DNA of 64,000 bases, from NCBI GenBank assembly GCA_012295275.1, contig CM022678.1, forward strand, positions 14,508,001-14,572,000. Reading direction: 5' to 3'. Source of the DNA: Chrysomallon squamiferum. Lineage: Eukaryota > Animalia > Mollusca. The notes beneath the pieces are model-generated. The model did no database searches and was not told the origin of the DNA. It saw only the letters and a list, made by a program, of their open reading frames with translations. Positions 26,941 through 40,338 of the stretch are shown here, piece after piece. A program made the position numbers and the translations under genes. Each line of letters starts with the position of its first letter. The stretch's first letter is position 1.

Positions 26941-28201
26941 ATGCAAGACGAGACCAAAAAACCACCAAAAAAACCACCAACAACAAATAAACAAATTAAA
27001 ACAATAATTATTCGTTCTCCATGAAATGAAGTCTGTAAGCCTGGTAACTTCAGTATTAACAAAAAACTAAATACATTAATGATATCTAAAAATAATAATA
27101 AAATAATAATTAGGTACAAGATGTAGAGACACCAAAACCAGAAAAACTCGAAGATTAATGCAAATGAAATAGTTTCTATATTATAGTGACGTTGTATTAT
27201 TATTATTAAAATTTATATAAAATTAGGATTTCAGATGATAGTAACTAAACGGTAATGGTTACTATGTCGCTATGTATATTTTTATATATTCTTTCTTTTT
27301 TCTTCTTTATTTTTTACGATAATTTATTTTTAATTATTTATTTACTTTTTTAACATCTATACTTATTTCAGTTCTGAAGCCACCTCCTTAGCAAATTCAA
27401 ATATAAAAATATTTCAAATGCTATTTTTAAAAGCTTTCGAATTACGTAATCAGAGAAATTTAACCGAATTAACAAGAATTCTAAGACAAATCATTGATCT
27501 TTTTTTTTATTTTTTTTCATTTAAATTGTTTTTATTTAATTCTATTTTTTCAGGTGCATAAAATAAAATGAAATACTTTGGAAATAGAAATTATTAAGAC
27601 AGTAACAATAATTATATAAATAATAAGTTGAAAACTCATTTAAATCATTAATTAATTCGTGCTTACCAGTAGAACCGTTGCCTAAATGTATGCTCGATGT
27701 TGTAAGTTAAATACTGTTTATTTTCATTTGTGCGAAAGAGTTCAGATTGTTCCGTAACAAAGTAGCATCAGTGTAAATGACTTCGGATAACTTCGGTTTT
27801 ACTTCTTTTATATGACGTCATCAATAGTTTGTTTACTTATTGTTAGAGATAGTGCTGTTGAGCGATCTTTGTTTCCTTATAATTCTGTTTTCCTTTCTTT
27901 TTACATTATATCGTGAACTGCATCTGCGAGTAATGAGGTTCACATTTACTTTTATACCAGTAACATATTTTAGTCTAGATTAGACGCAGTTTCTTCATTC
28001 GTATAATATTCATAGAATAGATAATCAACAATAATTGTGTAATGCAATATATTATATGTACTCTAATATCTTCTTTTTATTCGTTATTTTAGTAAATACC
28101 CTCGTAAAAGTATAATTTCTTACAAATCTTTACATTACATAAAGGAATTGCCTGTATCCTCCGGTAGATCGAATGTTTTTATTTGAGATAAGAAAAAGAA
28201 T

Positions 28202-28571
28202 ATGGCGGAACAAAAGTATCATTCTATGACTGTTATTGTTTTAATGTTACCGGTATAAATATGTTCAAAATATGAGTATAGCGTATGTAAATAAACTATG
28301 TTGACAGCGACTATTTACATTTCATAAATATTCACTTCATTTATATTAGAAGCTATTCTAGCAACTACGAATGAAATAATTATAAGTAAGCAAACATTTC
28401 CTTTGTTCTTGTAGACATGGATTTCTTGGTTCTCCGGATGGGTCACGTCCATGGGCTATACCATCTTCCCTGCGTTGTGGGTCGTGGAAAAAGCACGACT
28501 TGGAGGCTGATATGAAGCGAAAAGCAGCTCAAACCAAAGCAGCTGGAACTGACAAAAATAAAATAAAATAA
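28202..28571 (+). CDS. Putative two-exon microprotein, 56 aa: MAEQKHGFLGSPDGSRPWAIPSSLRCGSWKKHDLEADMKRKAAQTKAAGTDKNKIK
   Basis: ATG 28202 in good context (aatATGG); donor aa|gtatca at 28215/28216; acceptor catttcctttgttcttgtag|a at 28414/28415; phases match. Exon 2 is a GC-richer island; AATAAA repeats follow the stop; CRE TGACGTCA upstream at 27813-27820. Confidence 0.55.
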
Positions 28572-30219
28572 AATAAATGTTAGAGTTATTCCCCTTTAGT
28601 TATGTATTACGATGTATCTATTCTTGACATTGGTGCTGGCAGAAACGAATTTTTTTAATAACAGAGATGCAAGGAAATTAGGAATGATCTTGCTTTTGTT
28701 TTGGTTATCGCTTGAAATAAAATGATAGAATAAATAAGATAATCCCGAATATTCAGAAATTAGATTAATTTGTCTTTTTTGTAGACATAATTAGATGGGG
28801 ATAATTATATTAAACAATTATTCTTCAGTTAGTGGACTGATAATAGTTTTAAAACGTCTTCAGATTTTTCTACTTCTTTTTTATGTTATTTTAAAATAAA
28901 ATAATCAGTTATGCCCAGAACCCCAATATATTTTTATAATTTTCTTTAAAACAAAGCTTTTTAAAATAAAATATATTTATGAATGCCAAGATTAATACAT
29001 AGGATCAAAATGAAACATTTCTTAACGTTCTGTGACGAGCATTATTTTTTAATGAACTAAATACAGAATTTTAAAAATTATGATAGAAAGCATATTCAGC
29101 TTGTTGTCAAATGGTTTTAATGAAATTATAAAAACTGACATGCATTAATTATTTTGCTCATTACATACAAAGACTGATAAATAGGGGTATGAAGAGGGTA
29201 ATAAAAAAGGTAATAATTAGTTCATTATTAACTGTTACTCAAGTTTATAACCAGACTGACTTTAATCATTTTGTTTAAAGCTGTAGACACATTTCATCAC
29301 TGGTTAAATTTTGCATGCAAATCAGGATATCAGTTTATTATATTTGTTCTTTTCACTTAACCTAAAAATTATAAAAAAATAAAAACAAGGAAATAAAATT
29401 AGGTAAATGTTTTATTGCTTATTTAATAGGTAATTTAGGAAAGTAAAAATGAGAAAAAGCTCTGATATACTGGAGAAGAAAAACTTCAAACCTAATTTGC
29501 TTTAAATTTGTAAATGTAAAAAAACTTTTTTTTTTTAAATTTAAAAAAGTCAGTATAAGCATACAATACATACTATTTTACTGATATTTTAAAATCATTT
29601 CAAATGATAAATTCCATACAGATTATCATTACAGTTTTTATCAAAACAATTTTACTATATTTTCTCCTGATTCAGCTGAATCAGAAATTTAAATTTTATT
29701 TTTTTAATTTTTACCAAAAATATATTTAAGAAGATGTATATAAAGCCATGATATGAGAAATGGAATGTTACAACAAAAAATGTACATAATATGGAATATG
29801 AAACAATATACAATTATTGATATAAAAATATAAGACAAATATAAAAAAATACAAATGGTTGGATATGTTTATCTCTGAAAGAAATCATTCGTGTTTTTCA
29901 TTTTCTGTAATTTGCAAAATCAGTCACTTTAACAGCATGAAACTCAACCAAAATAGTTTGAAAATAAACATACACATTTTATGACAATAACATGAAACTA
30001 GACCAAAACTACTTGAAAATTATACCTTCAAAAAAGTAAGATGCTTTTCTCTTCAATTTGATGTCTTTATTTTGTTATCACCTTTTATATAGCTAGTTAT
30101 ATCAATATTTGGTATGTTAGAAAAACATTAAAACAATTAGACAGAATTAATATTCAACAGAAGATTTAACAGAAATGTTGTGTGTAATTCTTTCTGATAT
30201 TAAATCTGATATCAGAAAT

Positions 30220-31892
30220 TTATATTTCAACTTGGCGAAGTTTGTATCCTGCACTGGCTTCACTTGCCACACTTGACTGTGGTGATGGAGGCACACGATA
30301 TCCTGGAGCCTGCTCTGGTGGTCGATACTCCATCTGTGGTGCTGTAAGGAACGTCTGAGTTTGTTGTGGAGGTTTACTCAGTACATAGCCGCCATGCCCT
30401 GGAGGCCCTGCAGGACCTGGTGGTTTCCGAATCATGGTGTAGCTGAAAGAGAGAACATCATCTGGATACGGTTCTTCAGCAGGTCTCGTTTTCATCTGTT
30501 TCTGTCTGATTTCTTCAACACTTCGACAGAGCTGCAGTGTTTGCATCCAGATAAGCACAGCACCAACAATGCTGAGAATAGCTCCAATGCATGCAATGTA
30601 GAATGCCCAGTTAAGGACAAGTGAAGGATGTGCATTTATTACAAAATGGTGGTATGGTTCATCCAGGGGCATCAGATTCCATTCATTAGTCCCATCCAGA
30701 CCCAATGAACACAAAAGTAGCAATATTATTCCCAACACATTGCAAACACCTAAAATTGAAAGAAAAAATATAATAATAACAAATAAATAAATCTTGCTGA
30801 ATGAAATAATCACAAATTTATTTTATATTTAAAACAGTGTATCTTACAAATCCAGACCATTAAGAATGTCTTACTAGCAAGTTAATAATTTATAGCATGA
30901 AATTACTCATTTTTATTTTCATATATTTAATAATATTTAAATATAATCTGTAAATTACACATAATTTTACAAACACAATTAGAACTGTTTTTGATAAATT
31001 TCTTACTTTAAATTACCAAATTTATTAAACTTCAGACAACTAAATTAGATTGACAAAAATCAGACAAACCAAAAGCCAAGGTGAATCCAGACAGTGCCAT
31101 GCTTCCAGTCAATGAACCAAGTCGTCTGCCACCCAAAATTAATGCTCCAGCTGTACAGGCAAATATTCCAAAGAATCCCATTGCAAACATAACTTGCCCT
31201 GCCTTGAACATCCCTGAAACAGCAAACATAATTATGCATCCTTATTAGTGGAATATCCATTTAAGTTAATTGAATATTATATTATTTACGTATTTAAGGT
31301 ATAAAATCCCTGAAGTAAAAAAGAAAAATATTCCATCTTACAATAATCAAAATATAAAACATAAAGAAGTTAAGAAACTTAAACATTTATTAACTACTTT
31401 GTATATTTCCGCTATTCTTATGTTATTGTTTGTACATCTTAAGATATGTTAACATTATATTTACTTGTGAATAAAATGCTGATTAAAATTCTGCCGTCTG
31501 AACTTGTTAAAATTGAAACATGCTTGGTCTATTATAAATATTAGAATACATTTTGAAAAACACAGGGACGTAATTAAAACTAGTTTCTTACTTGGCACAA
31601 CAAACAAGTTCGAAGCGTTATCCATTGCCAGAAGACTTGTCATAATTGCAGGAATGCGACTGTTTAGCCCAGGTTTGTTTGGTTTGTATATGAAAAAGAT
31701 GCCAATGTCTATACTTTGCTGCATAGCAGTCTCTGTTCCAAATGTCCCATCTTCGAAGTCAAATTTAAGGATGAACCACCACGGCAACAATGAACAAACC
31801 ACATTAACTACAGTTGCAATGACAAGAATTATACTGGCGATAGCCAGAAGAGCCGACTGCGCGAAGTTTTCTAAAATCTGTCCAAAACCCAT
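30220..31892 (-). CDS. Claudin/PMP22-like four-TM protein B with Pro/Gln-rich cytoplasmic tail, 324 aa; exons 31892-31592, 31213-31070, 30749-30220
   Basis: Four hydrophobic segments; PWW...IGIF in loop 1; LNWAFYIA before TM4; GT-AG junctions, both phase 1; 975 nt total; ends RQVEI*. Confidence 0.85.
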
Positions 31893-32065
31893 TATGATTA
31901 CGAATTTATTCCATTTACTTCTGTTATTGCGATTTTTTCGTTATTTCGTTGTTTTAATGTTAGTAAACCAACTTATAAGTGTTCAAGTAGTAAATATTTG
32001 AAGTAATGATATTAAAATTCATGAAACACATCAAATACTTCAGTTTTGTTTAAACTACATCATGT

Positions 32066-32076
32066 CCGCCATCTTG
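32066..32076 (-). promoter_or_regulatory. YY1-type motif CAAGATGGCGG near the presumed TSS of claudin-like gene B
   Basis: Exact YY1 consensus, sense-oriented to the gene, ~180 nt upstream of the ATG. Confidence 0.5.
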
Positions 32077-32615
32077 AATACTAGAAATTGTCACCTGTAT
32101 TCTACACAGGTAGGTCATAAAAGGGAGATAACAATTTTTCAGGTATATCCTTTTATAATAGGAAATCGTGAAATCGGTTTTGTTTTGTGCATATTTTAAA
32201 TTATTTTGTAGATATATAATAACAGGGGAAATAATTTGCTAATACGGGGTTATTTTATTTTATTTCAACTTAAAGAAAAGACATACAATGTACTTGTAAT
32301 AAAAATAAAATACAAAATAATTATACAGACACGATCCATTTGGTTTCAAACAAAAGAAATTATTACAGTTGCAGAAATTATTACAAACAAATGTTCAGTT
32401 AACTGTAAACTTTTTTGGAATCCACTAATTTAGTCATTCAAAATATAATTAAAAGTAAATTTATTTTATTTTATTTTATTTTATTTTATTTTATTTTAAT
32501 TTATTATTATTATTGTTGTTGGTGGTGATGGTGGCGGTGTTGTTATTTTAATTTTTATTTATTTTTAATTTTTTTGGACTTGTTTTTTCGTGTATGTATA
32601 TGTGCCAAATATTTG

Positions 32616-32617
<2 letters not shown>

Positions 32618-32657
<40 letters not shown>
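32618..32657. repeat. (CA)n microsatellite
   Basis: Direct reading. Confidence 0.95.
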
Positions 32658-32662
<5 letters not shown>

Positions 32663-33062
32663 GGATTTCACCATAATTCTTTGGTTTTCACGAGACAATT
32701 ACTTCAGCATTATCATGTCTAAAACGTTATCGTTTAATAGTGATACAGTATTGTTCACATACATACAAAGAAATAAATAAATATAGAAAAATCAAATTAA
32801 TAATATACTAGTATAAATATATATACATTTATATACATATAGAGCTGAAAACAGAAAAAGATTATATCTATATATAAACGTTTCCATTTATAAATATCTA
32901 ATATCCAACTTAAATTATTACTAATGACCTGTATAACATTTAATACTGATAAAGGATAAACTATAATATCAGCTTAACTGTTACGATGACTATATTCATC
33001 GCGACTTACGATGTATGAACCGTATAAAATGAACGAATCACAAAGCAAAGAAATATATATTG

Positions 33063-33245
33063 TTAGGCTATATAGTTGACTCTTTTCACAAACAAATTCG
33101 GCATGGTTTTGTTATGTAAATAATATGGATTGTCATGTAATTTGTTTTGAAATAACGTGTATGATAAAGTATTTCCTTGGGCATTTGCTGAAATTAAACC
33201 CACAATAATTAAGGAAAGACAAACTGTAAGTCGCGAGCTAGACAT
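33063..33245 (-). CDS. Possible small secreted peptide precursor, 60 aa
   Basis: MSSSRLTVCLSLIIVGLISANA-QGNT...LFVKRVNYIA*: signal-peptide-like n/h/c regions with an A-x-A site, then a KR site. No independent support. Confidence 0.3.
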   Translation of the reverse strand: MSSSRLTVCLSLIIVGLISANAQGNTLSYTLFQNKLHDNPYYLHNKTMPNLFVKRVNYIA

Positions 33246-33352
33246 AAAACGAATTAATTGTAATGCCAACTAAACACTTCCATTATGTCTTGTAATGAAA
33301 TACTTTTAATATTTACTTTCTTGTTATTCATCATCATCATCATTACCACCAT

Positions 33353-33388
<36 letters not shown>

Positions 33389-33401
33389 GAACATACATAC
33401 A

Positions 33402-33433
<32 letters not shown>

Positions 33434-34270
33434 TATTATTATTATTATTACTATTTAAACGATGTCATGTTTATTTTCTGATTGACCAGCAATAATTGTA
33501 TAACACAAACTTTATATACATATATTTTTATTATTATTATTTATTTACTTACTTATTTATTATTGTTGTTATTGCTGTTGTTTGTTTGTTTGTTTGATTG
33601 TTAGTTTAAGTGCATAAGTACTAATAGTGACACAAGCTTACATACAATACACACAAACACAGCCACACAAATATACATATATTCAGCACACTCAACATAT
33701 AACACACACACACACACGCACACACACACAGGTTTTGACAGTTTGTGACGTGAAGCCCTGCGGACGATGATCTGTAAATGAATTACGGTTTTCAAGGATA
33801 ATGACACAATATGTGCTGTATGGTTAAGCAGACTAACCCAGTGTTCGTCGACGGCATTGGCTGAGTAAGATTATCACCACCCAACATAATTCTGAGTAAT
33901 AACACCTTCCTAGACAACCAACAGAACTGTGTGCTGCCATTGGTCACCACAGGCTTCCGAATGTTTGCAGCTCTTCACCAGAAGTTGTCCGTTAACGACA
34001 TTGGAAAGCTAAAAAATTCTGTATTACAGGGATTTTAAAAACTTAATAAAAACTCGTTACATGGATTTCTTACAAATGTGTAATTCTGTCTGGACAAATA
34101 TTTGTTATTAATCATCAAAACTTTTCAAGGTACTTTTAAGAAATGTTTGAATCTGTGTCTGATGTAACACATTCTAAACGATTTGCTTTTTCAAAGGCAG
34201 TCTTTCCAGATATTCTGTGTTGTTCAAGGTATTAATAATATAAAAATAGTTTTTTTAAATTGTTCTAAAT

Positions 34271-35020
34271 ATGTCGTCTTTAACCCCTTTTGGGTGGTCG
34301 ACGGGTCGCATGAATTTGCATTATAAATCTGTTTACCCGACAACTGACAGAGGAATGCAAGCGACGCTACACAAAAATCTAACCAAACGCCTTTACCCAA
34401 AGCCTCGCCTCGAAGACCCTTCTGTTAATTATGTTGCAGGAAGCAAAATTCTCAAAAGAAATAGAAGACCGTCTAACTTGCCGTATTGCTACAATCCTTC
34501 AGTGTCTGCTGAAATCACCGAATTGTACGGCGATATATCACCGCGAGCCAAGAACACGTCACGAAGGCATTTACCCAAACTCCCTAGATCGTACACTGCA
34601 ATGGATGTGCATAACATCACCAAAAGAGTCACCACCTTTGATCCCGCCCGCATTGCAGAGTCAAAAGGATATCGTCTGCCTTCCCCACAACCGCGAGTCC
34701 GGCGAATCGCCAAGCTTGATAAAAAGTATACGCAAGAACAAATTGTCGGCGTTGTGAGTCGCTTGTCCGCGTACGATCCAGTCAAACACCCTGCTGAATC
34801 AAAGGGAACTCATTCTGATGACGATGGTTTGACGCAATACAGATATACGTCATCACTTCCCACTCCTAGAGGGATGTCCGCGTCTACATACAAAACAAAC
34901 CAGACGATTCCATCAACTTTCAGTCGCGTTAATTCAGAACGTATTCATCAAATTGTTGAAAGATTAAGTGCATTTGACAAAAGCAAATGGCCGCCAGAAT
35001 CGAAAGAACGCAAAAACTAA
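34271..35020 (+). CDS. Intronless basic uncharacterised protein, 249 aa, with three internal [IV]xxR[LV][ST]x[FY]D...ESK repeats
   Basis: 750-nt ORF forming a sharp GC/CpG-rich island in AT-rich DNA; repeats conserved at the protein level but diverged in DNA. Confidence 0.8.
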   Translation: MSSLTPFGWSTGRMNLHYKSVYPTTDRGMQATLHKNLTKRLYPKPRLEDPSVNYVAGSKILKRNRRPSNLPYCYNPSVSAEITELYGDISPRAKNTSRRHLPKLPRSYTAMDVHNITKRVTTFDPARIAESKGYRLPSPQPRVRRIAKLDKKYTQEQIVGVVSRLSAYDPVKHPAESKGTHSDDDGLTQYRYTSSLPTPRGMSASTYKTNQTIPSTFSRVNSERIHQIVERLSAFDKSKWPPESKERKN

Positions 35021-35352
35021 TTTCTTTTTTCTGTCATGACAAGCCTCAGAATTTTAAAAGAAACTGATTTTAACATGTGTAAATAACAGACTTCCTCAAA
35101 CGGACATGAGAAACTAAGTTCGTGTAACATTTCTAAATGCTTAATGCTAATTTGAGTTTTACTAATAATTTTGCATGTTGTTTTCATTGCAATTGTAAGT
35201 GTAATATAAACATTTATAGAAAAAAAATGTGGTAAAACATTTGATACTGCTTTTCTTTTTATTATTATTTATTATTATTCCTTTCTTTCTTTCTTCACTC
35301 TTACATCCCAACAAATTAAATTCGCAATAGTTACAAAATTTATTTAGCTTAA

Positions 35353-35386
<34 letters not shown>

Positions 35387-35566
35387 CTTTTAATTTAATT
35401 AATGTTTTCTATCATTTTCATTTATATATTATCTATCTTTGTGTGTATGATACAATCATTTATAATATGTATTCATTAACAAAGCAATGCCTAGATAATG
35501 GAAGAGAGATAACTCTAACCAAACCTCCCAAAAATCTACAAAGACTGTGGCACTTGTTTATTATTA

Positions 35567-35623
<57 letters not shown>

Positions 35624-36929
35624 AATTAGTTCCTTGTAATCTCCTTTTTTTATTCAGTGACTCGAAATTCACTCTTTACAAAATACTAAATCATATTTTT
35701 AAAAATTTCATTAGCTTGTACTCTGTTCTGTTATCTTCTTTATTTAAAGGATTGTTTGTCAAATTTCATGAGTAATCTTTATTACAATTCGATGTAAATT
35801 TATCTTAAAAATTAAATTAATTTTATTTTGTAATTAAAGTCCACTGAAAAACCAGCAATGGAGAGAAGATGCTATTTCAGGAGTGGCTGGTTCAACTGGC
35901 GTAATGACGTCAGCAAATGCAAGTGCTGTCAGTAAATCACTAACACGAATAAAGCAATATAAATTTTAATTTATAATAACTTTTTGTCTTTTTAAATGTA
36001 AATGCCAATAAAAAATATTTTGTAATTGAAACTGAAATGATAAAAATAAAGATAACAATAAAAACAATAAAAAAAATTGTTTGCTCTTGTTTGTTATTAT
36101 TATTATCATTATCATTATTATTAATGGAAAGCATACAAAAATAATTTAAATGTTTATTTCAGTTGTATAGCAATTAATTTATGTCAACAATCAACTAAAA
36201 GCAGGTTTAAGTCTGCAACGACGACAAATACGCTACGCGTATTAAGTTTTCTGTTTACGACATTATTCCATTATAAGACTTACGTCTGCAAAGTGCAAAT
36301 GAACTGACAATTAACATTACACTCTTCTTTTAAGCTGTAATAAATTAAATTTGATCAAAACATACGTGTTTACTTCTCTTATCATTTTATTAATTCTTTG
36401 TTTATTTTTTTTTTTTTTGTTTTTTTTTTTTGTGGTTTCTTTTCAGGCTGTCGTTTAGAGCATTTGATATAATTTAACTGAATATAGTTGCAAATAAATA
36501 TGGCGTCACTCTAGACGCCGTTGTCGTTCGAAATTACTAGCACTGGTGAATTGTCTATACAGACATTGCTAATGTATTTTTAGTAATTCTGATACAATAA
36601 ATGTAATAAATATCCATATTACTACTTTTATAATCAGTGGTTTTCAATTACTAATTTCGTTTCTCGTCTGTATGTTACTATTACTAGTTTTAGATTATTT
36701 TTTAAATCAATTTTTCGTTTACTATCAAATTGAAATACTTTATGAAACAGATTCCATTTTGACTCACTAGAGCTGTGTAAATAGATTGGATATAATAAAC
36801 TGATCCTTATTTACAATTATCTACCTTTTTAGAGTTGACCATGTCAGTTATATTTAAAACTCTGTCACGTCATCAGAAATATCTGGTTTTTGCTTACACT
36901 GTATAATTTTATGGAATTAACAGGTAATT

Positions 36930-37140
36930 TTGTTCTTCTTCTTCTTCATCTTCCATAGTATACTAATTGTATACTAATTGTATTCAGACTGTTATGGATC
37001 CATATTGTGGAAGCTGATGTTTCCACATGGAAAAGTGAATCAATATTGGACATCTTTCTCCGCTGTATTAGTTCCAGCTTCACACTGCCTGGCCTTCAGC
37101 ATCATAGTATGGAACAAAGACTGACTCTGCAATCAATACA
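36930..37140 (-). mobile_element. Possible decayed 3' fragment of an RTE-clade LINE
   Basis: Minus-strand fragments resemble the RTE C-terminal motif (CEAW...ID..SMW vs YGCExW...IDAFELW), followed by a (GAA)n-like tail at ~36933-36952. Weak resemblance. Confidence 0.25.
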
Positions 37141-37581
37141 TGGAAACCTACAGTGTGAACATCTATTTGTCATCAGATATATATCTGACTGACAGAATCA
37201 GGTTTCAAAACTGTACGTGGACGTTTGGGAACAAAAAGAAAGATTATTATTTTAGCTCGTTCTTTGAAATGTCTTTTGGTGTATACGTTTATCTCTTTGA
37301 GATTCGACAGCATTAATCACTGGTATGTGAAGTGCTTGGTTTAAATATTCCTATAAATCATTCCATTTAGAAGTTATTCGTGAAGCAGAAACAAAAACAA
37401 CATATTGTCGACATCCAAGCCTTTCTCTTATGAAATCAGAAAAATCTGACATTAAACATGTATTAGTTTTATTCTCACAGCCGTTATTCTATTCAAAAGA
37501 TATGACTTTGTTGGTGTTGGGGTTCTTTTTTATTTTATTTTATTTTATTTTATTATTACATATATATTCAGATTTATGTTC

Positions 37582-37618
<37 letters not shown>

Positions 37619-37960
37619 AATAAATAAATAAAAATATAATTAAAAAAAAGTAATAATAATAAAAATAAGAATTACAAAAATCTAGCAGCTTGACATTCAA
37701 AAAATATTTTAAAATATGTAATTCCACCTGGATACGAGGTATAATTACATAAACAAAGTGTGAAATATTTCTGTAATGCCTCTGTGTAATGAACTGGATC
37801 CAAGACCTTAGACGACAACATATTCTTTGTAACAGATTTATTTAGGTTCGTGCAGAAGCAAATAGTACCATCGATTCTGCATCCAATAAAAATCCTTTTC
37901 TTATCTCACGATAGAATCTGTTTATGAATTTATTTCACAGATGCATCATCCTATTTATCA

Positions 37961-37962
<2 letters not shown>

Positions 37963-38043
<81 letters not shown>
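37963..38043. repeat. (CT)n microsatellite
   Basis: Direct reading. Confidence 0.95.
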
Positions 38044-38045
<2 letters not shown>

Positions 38046-39305
38046 TTCACAAAACGTTTTGTATGGAATTTACTATGATCAAAGAAATATAAATGAACAT
38101 AACAATTTAGCTTAAATGTTCTTCTAGTGTTAATTTTTTATATTGTACTTAGCTGTCAAATTTACTATTACTATCAGTCAGAGTGTTTTAAATGGGTCAG
38201 TATTAAGAGTAATACTGGTAGGTCATCTCGATATGGTTCAACATTATACCACATCTTCTTCATGAATAGTTCTAAATAGAAGGGTTTTATAAAACACCTA
38301 GACCAGATATTTTATAACGATCCAGCGATTAATATTTTAACATGAGTATGTTCACAACAGAATGAGGGGTAAATACAATGAATATTATTAATCCACCGGG
38401 CAGCCATTTTGATTTCATGCATACCCCTTGGCAGATGTAACGAGGTGCGCAAAGGTCATAGCCGCTAAGTCTGATGATGAAGAAGTATGCTAGAAACAGG
38501 TTTATGGCTGCCAAAAACATTTCCACAGACACTATTATTTATACTCAAGTGTGTTTAAATGTTTTAAAATTACTTAAATAAAGATTGAAAAAAAAAAAAA
38601 TGGCGTTTCGGCCAAAATATGAGCGAGGTGGGCAAAATAATCATATAAATGTAATTTCTTTTGCTTGAAAGAAAACGATTATTATTTTAAAATTATTTTT
38701 ATATTGTCTATAGTAGAATTATGTAGATGCTTTTTTTAATTATTTTGTTTTGTTTGTATTTTTTGTATTTTTTTATTGTTGATGATGATATTCTGGTGCA
38801 GATCACACGAACAACATATATGGCGTTGTTATTCTTTGTATCCATGAATAGCCTATCCAAAAATCGAGGAAAATGTCGAAGAATGACAAGTCTAAATCAT
38901 AAGGTTTTAAAATAATAATTACGCATTATTATTTTTATTATTGTTTTCTGCTTACTTTTTATTCACAGTATGCTGAGTAAAATAAAGCATTAAAAGCCAC
39001 CGTGTGTGTGATACACGCCTTAAAAAATCGATCCGTGAACTTGTTATGTACGCTGTGTAATCTGACTACTTTTATCTGTCCATTCGCCAGCAACAACCAT
39101 GAATGTCGTCTGCTCGAATCGCTCTCTGCTGCAGATGTAGGTTGCTGAACTCGGTAGCTGAATGTAGCTGGAGGGATTTCTCTCTCCAGTCAAGCAGCAC
39201 ATAGCAGACATACTCTCCGTGGTGAATGTAGTCTGAACTCGACATGCGCAGAACAAGCTACAGATGTTGTCCTGATTAAAAATAGCTGCAGTTAATATTT
39301 ACTAT

Positions 39306-40338
39306 AATATTTATCCTTCTGCAGTGTTATAATTATCTTTCCATGGCCACTTCTCTATTTTTATAACCGCTAAAGGCTTTAAAAGACATAAAATTTAAAT
39401 GTATTACGTTAGTTAATTATCCATGAGGTATTCCATGTATGTCCCTGCTGTTTAAGATCTGCAAGTCAGTCGCTGAAGGAAACTTGTCTACATAATATAC
39501 TATTCTGCTGAGACAGTCTGGTCTGGCTAAACCATGCCACCAGTTTAAAACTGATAAAAACAGTATTAGAGTTAAATAGACGAGTGATTTACTGTGTCTC
39601 AATATTTTTCAGTTTGCGATACACAGGTTGATATTACAGTAGAAACACTGCTCATGGCAATCACTATTACAGATGTTTATTTCCGTTTTAAAGTATTTAC
39701 ACAAATGTGTAAACATTCTAAAAAAAAAATAGCATTTCCTTTATAGAAAACTTAAACAACCGAATCAACCAGTAAAAAAAAAAAAAAAGAAGAAGAAAAA
39801 ATAAGTCTCTAAATCAAGATTCCTAACCACTATTTTTACTGATACTTTGCCATCACGTCTGCCATATATGCAAATCAGATTCGGAAGAACTCCGCTGCGT
39901 AGTCAACCTGGCACGTGTTGCGTAGTTCCCTGGTGAATGGGGAAGGAATGGCGAGTTTATCAAAACATTTGCCATCATGTAAAGACACACTGATAAGCAG
40001 GGTGTCAAGAAAATATATGTTGTTCTCTCACATAAACGAAACATGAAATATATAATTATACTTGTATATAGATCTGTACAACTTACCTACAAAATAAGTT
40101 TTAAAAGAATACGTCCATATAATATATTCCTTTATAATTTTATTTTATTATATTCCAAAATAAAATAAATATCTTCAACACAATAATTAAATATAGCTTT
40201 AATATTTATCCTTTTGCGGGGTTATAAAAATTATTTTTTCATGACCATTTCTATATTTTTACAACCGCTAAAGGCTTTGAAAGACATAAAGTTGAAATAT
40301 ACTACGTTAGTTAATTATCTATAAGGTATACCATATAT
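39306..40338 (+). repeat. Diverged ~135-bp direct repeat: 39306-39440 and 40201-40338
   Basis: Shared blocks aatatttatcctt, aaccgctaaaggcttt, aaagacataaa and tacgttagttaattatc in the same order and spacing. Confidence 0.85.
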
